Below the pieces are notes generated by a model. It searched no databases. It had not been told where the DNA came from and saw nothing but the letters and a program-made list of their open reading frames with translations. Of a stretch of 57,455 nucleotides of DNA, positions 48,924-57,455 are shown in pieces. The position numbers and the translations under genes were made by a program. The number at the start of each line of letters is the position of its first letter. The first letter of the stretch is position 1. The stretch covers positions 1 through 57,455 of the forward strand of contig NZ_MWQY01000023.1 of NCBI RefSeq assembly GCF_002087085.1, given 5' to 3'.

Positions 48924-50674
48924 GCGATGTATTTCATGAACTGTCCAGGTCTTTGGGAGACGAAGAACGTAAGGCTCTTCTCAAGAGGATCTCCGACAGT
49001 CTTAATTACCGTACCGATGCGGAAGACAACATCTACCATAAGGATCCCAACCGGGAAGAACGAAAAAAGCTCATAGAAAAAGAGGTTGCAGCTCTCAACT
49101 GGCTGCAGAGGTTTTTTCTGTGGATGAGAATGACTTTTTCCGGGAAACCCCTGAACCAGGTCGTCAGTGAGAACAAATTACGATCGATACAGCGGCGGGT
49201 GAACCGAAAGGTCCCGGGCTTCGCCGGATTCGATACCCAGGTATTGTATCCGGCCTTCGCACTGAAGGTTTTTGAGCTCTTCAAGGCTGTTCTGCCCCTC
49301 CGGGAGCCCTTTAAACGCTTCTGGTCTGAGGGTGAACATTTTCAGGCGATTCTGGCTGCCGTAATCGAGGAACGTCTGGGCGAACCTCGACAAAAAGTTG
49401 AAGATCTCATTACAACCGACGAAATGGTAGAGATTTATTCCCGGAAAGGAACCCGTGCTGCCGTTCGCAGCGAGTTTATTTCCAGGCTCCAGTCTTACAC
49501 CGATACCCTGGGGGATGATATTTTTCATAACCTGGAGGAGGAAATTCTTCCCGTCTATTATATAAAGGAACTGGTAAGCTTTCCTTTTCATTCGTTTTTT
49601 GAAATGTTTCATTATGTACCGCCCCGGGACCCCGGAGAGAGCGCACCGTTTTTTAAAACCGCCTCCGCCAATTTGAGCCTGGATCTTATAGAGCGTCTCT
49701 ACTATGCCGTCTATATTATTTCAAAGGCGGATGACAAAGGAGAACTGAACGTAAACCTTCTCAGGCGTCTGTTCAGTAATGAAGATCAGGATGACGTATA
49801 CAGCGAAGAGCAGATAATTCAAGGCATTAAGGACGTAATCAAGCTGGGGAAAAGTTTTTACAACGATGTACCTCTGGCGGATATAATCCGATTTTTCCGC
49901 AAAGATCCCTATTATCAGCTGATTTTCTATATGCCCACAATGAATCTGAAGGATTTTTATCTGTCGATACTGAAAATCCGATTGCTTTCTGATCTCGATG
50001 AGGTGTTCGACAAGGTGCGGGATACCTATATTGAACGTGAGACGGCGAAATTTTTCAAGGAAAAACGCTACTTTAACTTTCCCTATTACCGGGTATACAT
50101 GAGTATTGATTATAAAGCTGCTGATTTGCCCTTTTTTATCCATACTCGTTCAGTCTCTCTTGTCTATAATTATCTGAAGATTTTCTACCGGGAGTATATG
50201 CAGGAGATTGTCAGGATACTGGAACGGAACGTCCTTGATCAGAATCGAATTACCCGGGACCTTCTTTTGTCCCATGCCGCGAACCTGGAAGATCTGGAAG
50301 ACAAGATAAAACAGTTCGACTATTCCCTTTCTCCGGACTCGGAGGACGGAAAGCTTTTTCAGCGTTTGCGTTTTTCCCTGGCCGGGGATCCTTCTCATCA
50401 GCGTATGTACCGGACCCTGGTGGTACAGAAGGACCGGGAGGTAAAAACGCTTCTCGACCGCTCCCACGAATCCCTGGAGGGACTCTCAAAAATATTCCAG
50501 GAACTCATTCTTACCAGATCCGACAGTATCAGGATACAGCTGAAAAGTCACTTTTTACTGAACGGAAAATCCACAAGCCTTGAATCGGCTCTTAAGCACT
50601 GGACCAGGCATATTAACGATTTTCTGATTCTTTTTAATCAGGTGCTGCGGATCGAAAAGGGCAGATCCTCGTAG
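48920..50674 (+). CDS. Spirochete conserved helical protein (DUF5312-like, tentative)
   Basis: 584-aa ORF with ATGA overlap to thiN; family call from memory only. Confidence 0.7.
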   Translation: MSDVFHELSRSLGDEERKALLKRISDSLNYRTDAEDNIYHKDPNREERKKLIEKEVAALNWLQRFFLWMRMTFSGKPLNQVVSENKLRSIQRRVNRKVPGFAGFDTQVLYPAFALKVFELFKAVLPLREPFKRFWSEGEHFQAILAAVIEERLGEPRQKVEDLITTDEMVEIYSRKGTRAAVRSEFISRLQSYTDTLGDDIFHNLEEEILPVYYIKELVSFPFHSFFEMFHYVPPRDPGESAPFFKTASANLSLDLIERLYYAVYIISKADDKGELNVNLLRRLFSNEDQDDVYSEEQIIQGIKDVIKLGKSFYNDVPLADIIRFFRKDPYYQLIFYMPTMNLKDFYLSILKIRLLSDLDEVFDKVRDTYIERETAKFFKEKRYFNFPYYRVYMSIDYKAADLPFFIHTRSVSLVYNYLKIFYREYMQEIVRILERNVLDQNRITRDLLLSHAANLEDLEDKIKQFDYSLSPDSEDGKLFQRLRFSLAGDPSHQRMYRTLVVQKDREVKTLLDRSHESLEGLSKIFQELILTRSDSIRIQLKSHFLLNGKSTSLESALKHWTRHINDFLILFNQVLRIEKGRSS

Positions 50675-51138
50675 TAGGATTTCAGGCGTTCACAGGTTTT
50701 GCGGGGATCCTCCACCAGGACTCTTTTGCCACCCATGAGCTCCGGTATTCCTATTTCATTGGGGTAGCGGGGAATGATGTGTTCATGCAGATGGGATATC
50801 GAAGCCCCGGCCGCCAATCCCATGTTTACTCCAACGTTGTAGGCATGGGGTTGATAGACCGAATCCAGCATATCCAGCAGATAGTTTCGCAGCTGCCAGA
50901 GCTCCGTCTGTTCTTCGTCGGAAAGCGTGCGTAAATCCTCCGTATGCCTCAGAGAGAAAATCAGCAGGTGACCTGGATTGAAGGGATAGAGATTGACGCT
51001 GACCCCGAACCTGGCAGTACAGAAGACAATGAGATTGCTTACATCCGTATCGCCCCGGGTCAGTTTGCACAGAATACACCCGTCGGGGCGCTTGCCGTGA
51101 ACATAATCGCCCTTGGCGAAATTCAGAAAATAATCCAT
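50638..51138 (-). CDS. HIT family hydrolase
   Basis: CILC, NLYPFNPGH, AGASISHLHEHIIPR. Confidence 0.92.
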   Translation of the reverse strand: MDYFLNFAKGDYVHGKRPDGCILCKLTRGDTDVSNLIVFCTARFGVSVNLYPFNPGHLLIFSLRHTEDLRTLSDEEQTELWQLRNYLLDMLDSVYQPHAYNVGVNMGLAAGASISHLHEHIIPRYPNEIGIPELMGGKRVLVEDPRKTCERLKSYYEDLPFSIRST

Positions 51139-51153
51139 GGGAATGCCGTTCTC

Positions 51154-51987
51154 CTAGTCTGTTTCCGGCAGGACGATCAGGGGTTCATCACTCTGGTCCC
51201 GGAAAATTTCCAGCAGGACCGGGTATTCCTGCAGCAGCGCTCCGTATTCCTTGAGGACCTCAATGCGGCTTATTTCCCGGGTACGGGCGCTTGAAGCGGC
51301 TTCCAGCGCCTGGACGGCTATTTCATGACTTCTTTCCAGATAGGCCAGATAGTTCTCTTTTACCTTTCGGTAAAGATCCAGGTCCGGAAAGCTGTAATCG
51401 GATAGGCTGATATCGAAATCCTGAAGCTGGGGTATCTCACGGGTTATGCGGGCGTTCAGGGCCTCCTCGAAGTCCGCAGCACCCAGGTCGAAATTTTCAT
51501 CCTCGACAAGCGTACGTAGGGCATCGGCAAAGAGAGTTTTTACATCAGTTTCGATTACCTGGTAGGTTTCAAGAAGAATGTCGCTGTAATCACTGGTTTC
51601 AGCGTTTATACCCGCCCTTTGAAAAATCTGCGGTAAGGACTGGGGCCGAAGACGATAACGAAATAAAGCCTTCACACGAAGCGCAAAATCCACTTCTGCA
51701 TCCGCATAGTTCTCATACGCCCCGGCGGAAGGGAGTTCCCCGTTAAAATCGAGGGAGACAGTCTGCTCCTGAAGGCGTATATGGAACAGACGCAGGTTTG
51801 TGGGTAACAATCCCTGCCACATCCACTGAAAGCTTCCCGGGGAGAGAACCGGATGATCATAACCGTTGGTCTTTGTCAGAACGACCCCGTAGGAACCCTC
51901 GGGAATACGGAAAGAAACATAGCCGAAATAGAATACCGTAGCGGCAATAATAATGAGAAGGACCAGGGTAAAAATAAACTTCTTCAT
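51154..51987 (-). CDS. Membrane-anchored hypothetical protein (SPFH-like, tentative)
   Basis: N-terminal TM, IP.G..GVV.TKT.G, helical C-terminus. Confidence 0.65.
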   Translation of the reverse strand: MKKFIFTLVLLIIIAATVFYFGYVSFRIPEGSYGVVLTKTNGYDHPVLSPGSFQWMWQGLLPTNLRLFHIRLQEQTVSLDFNGELPSAGAYENYADAEVDFALRVKALFRYRLRPQSLPQIFQRAGINAETSDYSDILLETYQVIETDVKTLFADALRTLVEDENFDLGAADFEEALNARITREIPQLQDFDISLSDYSFPDLDLYRKVKENYLAYLERSHEIAVQALEAASSARTREISRIEVLKEYGALLQEYPVLLEIFRDQSDEPLIVLPETD

Positions 51988-51992
51988 TCAGG

Positions 51993-52886
51993 TTACTCTC
52001 CAATACCTAATATTTTGGCCATCTGATTGAAATCCTTTACAATTCCATCGGGTTGTATGTGTAAAACGCGGGGCTCAGAGTTTCTCATTCGCAAAGACCG
52101 CCTGTCCCCCGCAAACAGAAGGGTCCGCATTCCAAGGGAAGAGGCTGCAGCTATATCGTTGAGCATGTCGTTCCCGACATAGAGTACGCGTGATGGGTGC
52201 GCCAGGTATTCTCCGCCGAGATTTACCAAAGCTTTTTTAAACAGAGCGGGATCAGGTTTCGCCATATCTTCACAATACGACCAAATGCACAATTTGTCTT
52301 CAAAGACGGAAAAACTCTCTCCAAAAAAATGCTTCATCATAAGGGGGGTATAAAACTGGGCATTGGATACTACACCGATGCGGAAACGGCCCCGAAGCAG
52401 TTCCAGAACATCCCTGCTTCCCGGCATCGGCCAGACCCTGTTTCTGGAAAGTTCATGCAGCAGGGCAAGCTCTTCCGCCAGAGTCGATAACTTGGCACTG
52501 GAAATGTCTGTATAGATTTTTCCGAGCACCCGCTTCCAGATGGATCTGATTTCCACCTCGGGATGGAGGGTACCCCCCGCTTTTTTCTGCCGATGGTCCT
52601 TCAGTATCTCTTCCTTAACGAGCTCATCCACCGGGACGTCCTCAGGAATCAGAAGATCCATCTCCCTGAGGACCATACTGCGAAAAGTGTCGCCTGCTGT
52701 ATCCTCCATGACGGTTCCCACATCACCGCTGGAACTGATTACCAGGGTACCGTACACATCGAACAATACCGCATCGACGGTATTAAGATCCGGCAGCAGG
52801 GCCGGAACGCCTGTTGGTTCGGGTTCCAGAGGAGAACAGTAACGGCAGAAATGTCGTCCGTAATCGACACTGGAGACAGTACTCAT
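51993..52886 (-). CDS. HAD family hydrolase
   Basis: FDVYGTL, SN, KPD, YVGNDMLNDI. Confidence 0.9.
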   Translation of the reverse strand: MSTVSSVDYGRHFCRYCSPLEPEPTGVPALLPDLNTVDAVLFDVYGTLVISSSGDVGTVMEDTAGDTFRSMVLREMDLLIPEDVPVDELVKEEILKDHRQKKAGGTLHPEVEIRSIWKRVLGKIYTDISSAKLSTLAEELALLHELSRNRVWPMPGSRDVLELLRGRFRIGVVSNAQFYTPLMMKHFFGESFSVFEDKLCIWSYCEDMAKPDPALFKKALVNLGGEYLAHPSRVLYVGNDMLNDIAAASSLGMRTLLFAGDRRSLRMRNSEPRVLHIQPDGIVKDFNQMAKILGIGE

Positions 52887-52948
52887 TACACGTCATTTTA
52901 TTCTTTACACCCGTAACTATCAAGATTCATGGCCATTTTTTAAATAGT

Positions 52949-53305
52949 ATGCTACATTTTAGCATCGTGAGATTTTCCGGAACAAGATACTGGTTCATTC
53001 ACTTTCTTCGCCGTTTGTCTCTTTTTCTTTTTTTGTATGTCTGCATAGTCATGACGGTGTTTGTGATCGGGAATTTCCAGAACTTTCTCGATTCCACCCT
53101 GGAGAGAATCCTGCTGATTCTGGAAACCACCGCCATGATCGGCGGCATTTCACTGTTCTTCCTCATTATCCTGAGCCTTTTTCTGGCAGTATTCGGCAGG
53201 GAATTATCCATTGCAGTCTGGATAAGCTCTTCTCTGGGACTTTTTACCCTTGTAATGCTGCTCTTTTTTGTAAAATTCCTGAAGGCATGGCTGTATTCTC
53301 CGTGA
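52949..53305 (+). CDS. Small membrane hypothetical protein
   Basis: Three hydrophobic segments, GNFQ.FLD motif; start may be GTG 52967. Confidence 0.6.
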   Translation: MLHFSIVRFSGTRYWFIHFLRRLSLFLFLYVCIVMTVFVIGNFQNFLDSTLERILLILETTAMIGGISLFFLIILSLFLAVFGRELSIAVWISSSLGLFTLVMLLFFVKFLKAWLYSP

Positions 53306-54093
53306 ACGAGGTGGTTTTAAAAACCAGGCCCGAGATCCACAGAATCCGTTACGCCTGTACACCCATAGAAGAACTGTTCAGATCTCTTCCATCGGTCCTG
53401 AAAACAGGGTACCCGATTGAGGAACTGCGGAGCTACTGTTTGAAATTCCTGCGCGGACAGGGCTGCGAACCCGCACTGCGGGGGTTTAACGGCTTTCCCG
53501 AGGACATCTGTATCTCCGTAAACAATGTGGCGGCCCACGGAGTTTCCACTGCGGAGGTACTGCAGGAAGGCGACCTGGTTACGATAGACGTAACCACCGT
53601 GCGGGATGGCTGGCACGGCGACGGTGCCTGGACCTTCGCTGTCGGCAGACCGGGGCCGGCGGCCAAAAGACTTCTGCGCTGCGCCTGGCAGGCCACACGG
53701 GAGGGGATTCTCGCGCTGAAGGCGGGGTTCTATCTGAGTGAGGTAGGGAAGGCCATTGATTCTGTTGCCCGCAGGTACGGCTGTACGGTGCTGCCGTATT
53801 TTGTAGGACACGGCATCGGCCGAAGCATACACGAAGAGCCGAAGGTCCTGCATACGCTGGTGGACCAGCTGCCATGTCCTGTTGTTCCGGGCCTTGTGGT
53901 GACCATAGAGCCCATTGTGTCCCTTGGCGGATCTGCCACAAAGCTTCTGGATGACGGATGGTCCCAGACGACGGTGGACGGGAGCCTGACTGCCCAGTTC
54001 GAGCATACCGTTGCGGTTTTTTCGACCCATACAGAGGTTCTTACCATGCGAAATCAGCGTGACCTGCTGCTTGACTTTCCCCCGTTTATCTAA
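53287..54093 (+). CDS. map: Methionine aminopeptidase type I
   Basis: CISVN...HG, D..D metal ligands, GHGIG..IHEEP, TIEP, AQFEHT. Confidence 0.93.
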   Translation: MAVFSVNEVVLKTRPEIHRIRYACTPIEELFRSLPSVLKTGYPIEELRSYCLKFLRGQGCEPALRGFNGFPEDICISVNNVAAHGVSTAEVLQEGDLVTIDVTTVRDGWHGDGAWTFAVGRPGPAAKRLLRCAWQATREGILALKAGFYLSEVGKAIDSVARRYGCTVLPYFVGHGIGRSIHEEPKVLHTLVDQLPCPVVPGLVVTIEPIVSLGGSATKLLDDGWSQTTVDGSLTAQFEHTVAVFSTHTEVLTMRNQRDLLLDFPPFI

Positions 54094-54112
54094 TAATATG
54101 CGCCCTGCAAAC

Positions 54113-54186
54113 GCCGACTTAGCTCAGCTGGCCAGAGCACGTGACTTGTAATCTCGGGGTCGTCAGTTCGAATCTGACAGTCGGCT
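54113..54186 (+). tRNA. tRNA-Thr(TGT)
   Basis: GCCGACTTAGCTCAGCTGGCCAGAGCACGTGACTTGTAATCTCGGGGTCGTCAGTTCGAATCTGACAGTCGGCT; one T-T mismatch in the anticodon stem; no CCA. Confidence 0.95.
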
Positions 54187-54193
54187 AACCTAC

Positions 54194-54217
54194 AAGCTCC
54201 CTTAGGGGAGCTTTTTT
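54194..54217 (+). terminator. Terminator after tRNA-Thr
   Basis: AAGCTCCC-TTAG-GGGAGCTT followed by a T-tract. Confidence 0.85.
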
Positions 54218-54639
54218 ATTGTCCTGTAAGGAATTACGTGGTATTATTGATGTGCGTGATTTTGGCTGACAGCTGATTAAATGCACGTTTTTGGGTACAC
54301 TGTAGACAAATTCAGAATAGGTAAAAATCGTTTTTAACACGGGATACCAAGAAGCACCGAAGCGCTTCTTGTCGCAGGTAGATATTATATATACTACTGT
54401 TTTTTCAGGTAGAAAGATCACATTGATTTTATTGCACAATGTGTTTCTATTTCATTGTTTCTACGTAATATTCATTTCCCGGGTTAATCGTGTGGGGGTA
54501 CCTGTGAGCAGTTTGTTATGGATAACTTATGCACTGGAAAGGGTTTCAGGATAGATAGGCAGCAGGGCAAATACTTGCTGAGTTGCTATGTTATTTAGTT
54601 GAGAAAATGTATCATTTAAAGAAAAATTATTGATCTGAA

Positions 54640-56307
54640 GTGAAAGTTTTATATAATGAGACGATGACAAATCGTGATATACATAAGAATATCGTTAAGA
54701 TATTGAGTCTAAGCTTAGCGCTCCTTGCGGTAACTTTTCTGGTATATGAAACCGGTGGCATTAAACATGTCTATTCTCATTCAATGTATCCGATCATCCT
54801 GCTTGCAGGGTTATGGTTCGGAGCAAAAGGCGGTATTCTTACTGCATTTATTGCAGGCCTGTTGCTCGGACCGAAAATGCCCATGGATGTAGCTACCGGA
54901 GAGATCCAGACCTTCATTAACTGGATTTTTAGGCTCTTCATTTTCATTGGTACTGGTGGGATTTGGGGCTCCATAATTGATTACCTGCGGTCTCGTCTGG
55001 ACATGTTGAAATGGGCAAGTCGACATGATCCGGAAACCGGTATTGGAACTTTATCTCTCTTTGAGGACCGTTTCTATCAGCTACAGGAAGAGTCGCCCGC
55101 GGATAAACAGATCGGAGTGTGCTTATGCTCTGTTGAAAACTATGATGAGATTGTAAGCACCTTCGGTATGAGGTCAGGAGAATCTGGCATACTTCAGTTT
55201 ACAGAGAGGGCGGGGAAGTACTGTCCGGAAGGAGCTTCTGTTTTCCTGAAACGCATGGGCAAGCTGGTCATTCTCGTTCCTGATTTTAATGAAGATATGG
55301 AAACTGAACTTGCGCCGCGGATAAGACAGATTACAGTGGAACCTTTTCATATAGACGATATCCCGATTCACTTGGAACTGTCGGTGGGATTTCATCAAAC
55401 CAAAATCGGGACTGACGATTCAGCTCTCGAGCTTGTAAGAAAGGCAACAATCGCACAGGAGGAAGCACAACGCCTCGATAGCGAGTATGTGGTGTATACA
55501 CCAGGTCTGCAGACTATACCTAAAGAAGCTATTGCTCTTATCGGAGAGCTCCGACGAGCAATAGACAAAGATGAACTCTATCTTGAATACCAGGCCAAAG
55601 TTACAGTAAATGAACATCGTCTTATCAGTGCCGAAGCTCTGGTACGCTGGAAGCACCCAGGCCTGGGGATTATCAGTCCCGGAGCATTTATTCCTTATGC
55701 AGAGAAAAGTGATCTTATAAACCCCATGACAGAATGGGTCATTGAGAAAGCACTCCTGCAGCTCAGGCAATGGCAGGAGCAGGGATTCTTTACAAAAATA
55801 GCGATCAATATCTCTACCAGAAACCTTCAAGTCGCTGGCTTTGCGGATCGCCTTAAAGAGCAGCTCGAGAAGTATAAAATCAGTCCGGAATCAATAGAGC
55901 TGGAAGTGACAGAATGGACTTTCATGAAGGATCAGCAGAATGTCCTTGAGTCGCTTGAGAAACTGTCGCAGATTCCGATCTTTCTGGCGATTGACGACTT
56001 TGGGACCGGGTATTCTTCTCTGCAGTATATTAACCGAATCCCTGGCAATTCCATAAAAATCGACAGATCCTTTATCAATCAGATCGATAATGACCCGGGT
56101 GTTTTTCAGGTTGTTCGTGCAGCTGTGAGAATCGGTCATGCCCTTGGAATGGAAGTTGTTGCCGAAGGGGTTGAAACGGATATTCAGTACAACATGGTAC
56201 AGAAAGCTCAGTGTGATGCGGTCCAGGGGTATTACATACACCGACCGAGTAGTCCCGAGGAATTATACAATCAGTATGTAGGTAAAAAAACCAAGAACGA
56301 TAATTAA
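54640..56307 (+). CDS. Membrane c-di-GMP phosphodiesterase: TM region + degenerate GGDEF + intact EAL
   Basis: About 3-4 TM segments; HDPETG but no GGDEF; EALVRW, IELEVTE, DDFGTGYSS, KID.SF, VAEGVET, QGY. Start may be ATG 54664. Confidence 0.9.
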   Translation: MKVLYNETMTNRDIHKNIVKILSLSLALLAVTFLVYETGGIKHVYSHSMYPIILLAGLWFGAKGGILTAFIAGLLLGPKMPMDVATGEIQTFINWIFRLFIFIGTGGIWGSIIDYLRSRLDMLKWASRHDPETGIGTLSLFEDRFYQLQEESPADKQIGVCLCSVENYDEIVSTFGMRSGESGILQFTERAGKYCPEGASVFLKRMGKLVILVPDFNEDMETELAPRIRQITVEPFHIDDIPIHLELSVGFHQTKIGTDDSALELVRKATIAQEEAQRLDSEYVVYTPGLQTIPKEAIALIGELRRAIDKDELYLEYQAKVTVNEHRLISAEALVRWKHPGLGIISPGAFIPYAEKSDLINPMTEWVIEKALLQLRQWQEQGFFTKIAINISTRNLQVAGFADRLKEQLEKYKISPESIELEVTEWTFMKDQQNVLESLEKLSQIPIFLAIDDFGTGYSSLQYINRIPGNSIKIDRSFINQIDNDPGVFQVVRAAVRIGHALGMEVVAEGVETDIQYNMVQKAQCDAVQGYYIHRPSSPEELYNQYVGKKTKNDN

Positions 56308-56334
56308 TGTTAGCTTATGAATGAATTATGCACC

Positions 56335-57030
56335 TCAGAAGACACCCGGGATTAACCGATAACGCACGCGAATCGCATAATCCCGATAGCCTGGTAATTC
56401 TTCCTGTAGAGTTTTATCTTCTAGTATAGTTCTAATAACGGTAATGATCAGTGCCACTATTACTGGAATGATTGTCCAAACAGAGCTTAAAGCAAGCACA
56501 ATGCCCGGTAGCGCTATAATATTTCCAGCATAACCAGGATGTCTTACAATCTGATATGGACCACTGTCACAAACTTTATGCTCCCGGTCCGTTTGAATAC
56601 GAACCACACTAGAGAAGAAACTGTTCACTACCAAAGCACAACCACCAATGGTGTAGCCAAGAATAATCAATATTAAGCCAGCGATATTGAGCCATAGCGG
56701 AAATACAGGTGACCACCCAAAGCGGTGATCTAGTCCTGCTGCAATAAATAACGGAAAAGTTACACTCACAGCCATTAATGGAGCAAGTACTTTATCCCAC
56801 GACTTCACATTCTGTGCTTTGCCCATTTTCCCTCGTTCTGTTAGCAATCCTGGATGCCTTTTTTCTGCCAAAATACGAGGGACGATACTCGCTACAATTA
56901 TCAATACTGAATAAAACCAACCCTGCCACCAACCGAGATCCCATCCGCTTATCACGAGAATCAATGGTATGAGGAAAAGAGTAAAAATTAATCCACCCAA
57001 ATCTTTGAGATTTACTGTGTTAGATTCCAT
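56335..57030 (-). CDS. Isoprenylcysteine carboxylmethyltransferase / PEMT family membrane protein (cassette-like)
   Basis: N.FFS.VVRIQ...H.V...GPY..VRHPGY, R...ED..L..ELPGY..Y...VRYRLIP; SD AGGAGG. Confidence 0.9.
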   Translation of the reverse strand: MESNTVNLKDLGGLIFTLFLIPLILVISGWDLGWWQGWFYSVLIIVASIVPRILAEKRHPGLLTERGKMGKAQNVKSWDKVLAPLMAVSVTFPLFIAAGLDHRFGWSPVFPLWLNIAGLILIILGYTIGGCALVVNSFFSSVVRIQTDREHKVCDSGPYQIVRHPGYAGNIIALPGIVLALSSVWTIIPVIVALIITVIRTILEDKTLQEELPGYRDYAIRVRYRLIPGVF

Positions 57031-57088
57031 ACTTATTCCTCCTTATCAATTGTATATCTGCTATCTAAAAATTTGAAGATAACATTGC

Positions 57089-57180
57089 GCCTAACGTTCC
57101 GCGAATATGAGAAGTTGTCGAAGCGAAGCGCAGGCACTTTGGATGGATCCGAAGGCGGAACCACACATTCGCTCCTATGT
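57089..57180 (-). mobile_element. Integron attC-like site (R' intact, R'' degenerate)
   Basis: Minus strand: ACATAGG-A-GCGAATGTG...CATATTCGC-GGAAC-GTTAGGC. It begins at the upstream gene's stop codon and ends in GTTRRRY just before the next gene's leader. Confidence 0.6.
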
Positions 57181-57404
57181 GCTGAATCGTTCGCGCGTTA
57201 AATCAAGAAAATATTTAACTGATGCTTTCTCATTAGTTTCCTCGTTGAAAACATACTCATCCGACATTCTATCGATATATAAAATCCCATCTAAATGGGC
57301 AATTTCATGCTGAAAGCACCGAGCCATTTTGTCTTTTGTTTCAACTGTATGAAACTCTCCCAATCTATCCTGATACTTGACGATAATGTTCTTAGAGCGA
57401 CTAA
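57175..57404 (-). pseudogene. def: C-terminal fragment of peptide deformylase
   Basis: V.R...I.V.YQD..G...ARCFQHEIAHLDGILYIDR is present. GxGxAAxQ and EGCLS are absent, and there is an in-frame stop just upstream. Confidence 0.8.
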
Positions 57405-57455
57405 CCCGCATTTCTCACAAATAAAATGAAAAAGAGGGCCTTTTTATGATAAATT
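57405..57455. mobile_element. Possible terminus of an insertion sequence interrupting def
   Basis: Abrupt loss of def homology at CCCGCATTTCTCACAA, followed by AT-rich sequence to the window end. Resemblance to IS terminal repeats is from memory only. Confidence 0.3.

Noticed and set aside
54140..54156. tRNA-Thr as a pseudogene because of the anticodon-stem T-T mismatch
   Set aside because: All other arms and invariant bases are intact and a terminator follows.
54185..54554. Short ORFs after tRNA-Thr
   Set aside because: AT-rich intergenic DNA with no SD or motifs.
57197..57203. ATTTAAC (minus strand) as the attC R'' box
   Set aside because: It fits RYYYAAC but lies inside the def coding region and out of register with the inverted repeat; the stop-overlapping box fits better.

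Overview
This is most likely a whole contig from a free-living spirochete (Spirochaetota). The taxonomy is inferred from a FlaB-type flagellin, the PUR-protein/rnhB/short-SMC block and the ffh...rplS...coaD-rpmF-acpP-rnc-cca synteny. Most of the window is core genome: udk, mfd, ptsP, trmB, citrate synthase, two tandem EF-G paralogs, pdxST/yggS, ffh-rpsP-khpA-rimM-trmD-rplS, coaD-rpmF-acpP-rnc, cca, flaB, thiN, map and three tRNAs (Asn, Val, Thr). Notable items: (1) A 131-bp hairpin-rich tandem repeat at the left edge, whose core stem-loop recurs with covarying sequence beside a duplicated tRNA-Asn 3' end. (2) A divergent paralog pair, one member fused to an HU/IHF domain, heading a metallophosphatase / Ser-Thr kinase / membrane-FHA / VWA-FHA operon; this is the best candidate for an undescribed system. 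(3) Two EF-Gs with complementary degeneration. (4) An FlgM-like 47-aa ORF missing from the ORF track. (5) Several apparently leaderless genes. (6) An AT-rich accessory region after tRNA-Thr, with an attC-like site, cassette-like genes and a truncated peptide deformylase. All product calls come from motif recognition by eye; no database search was run.
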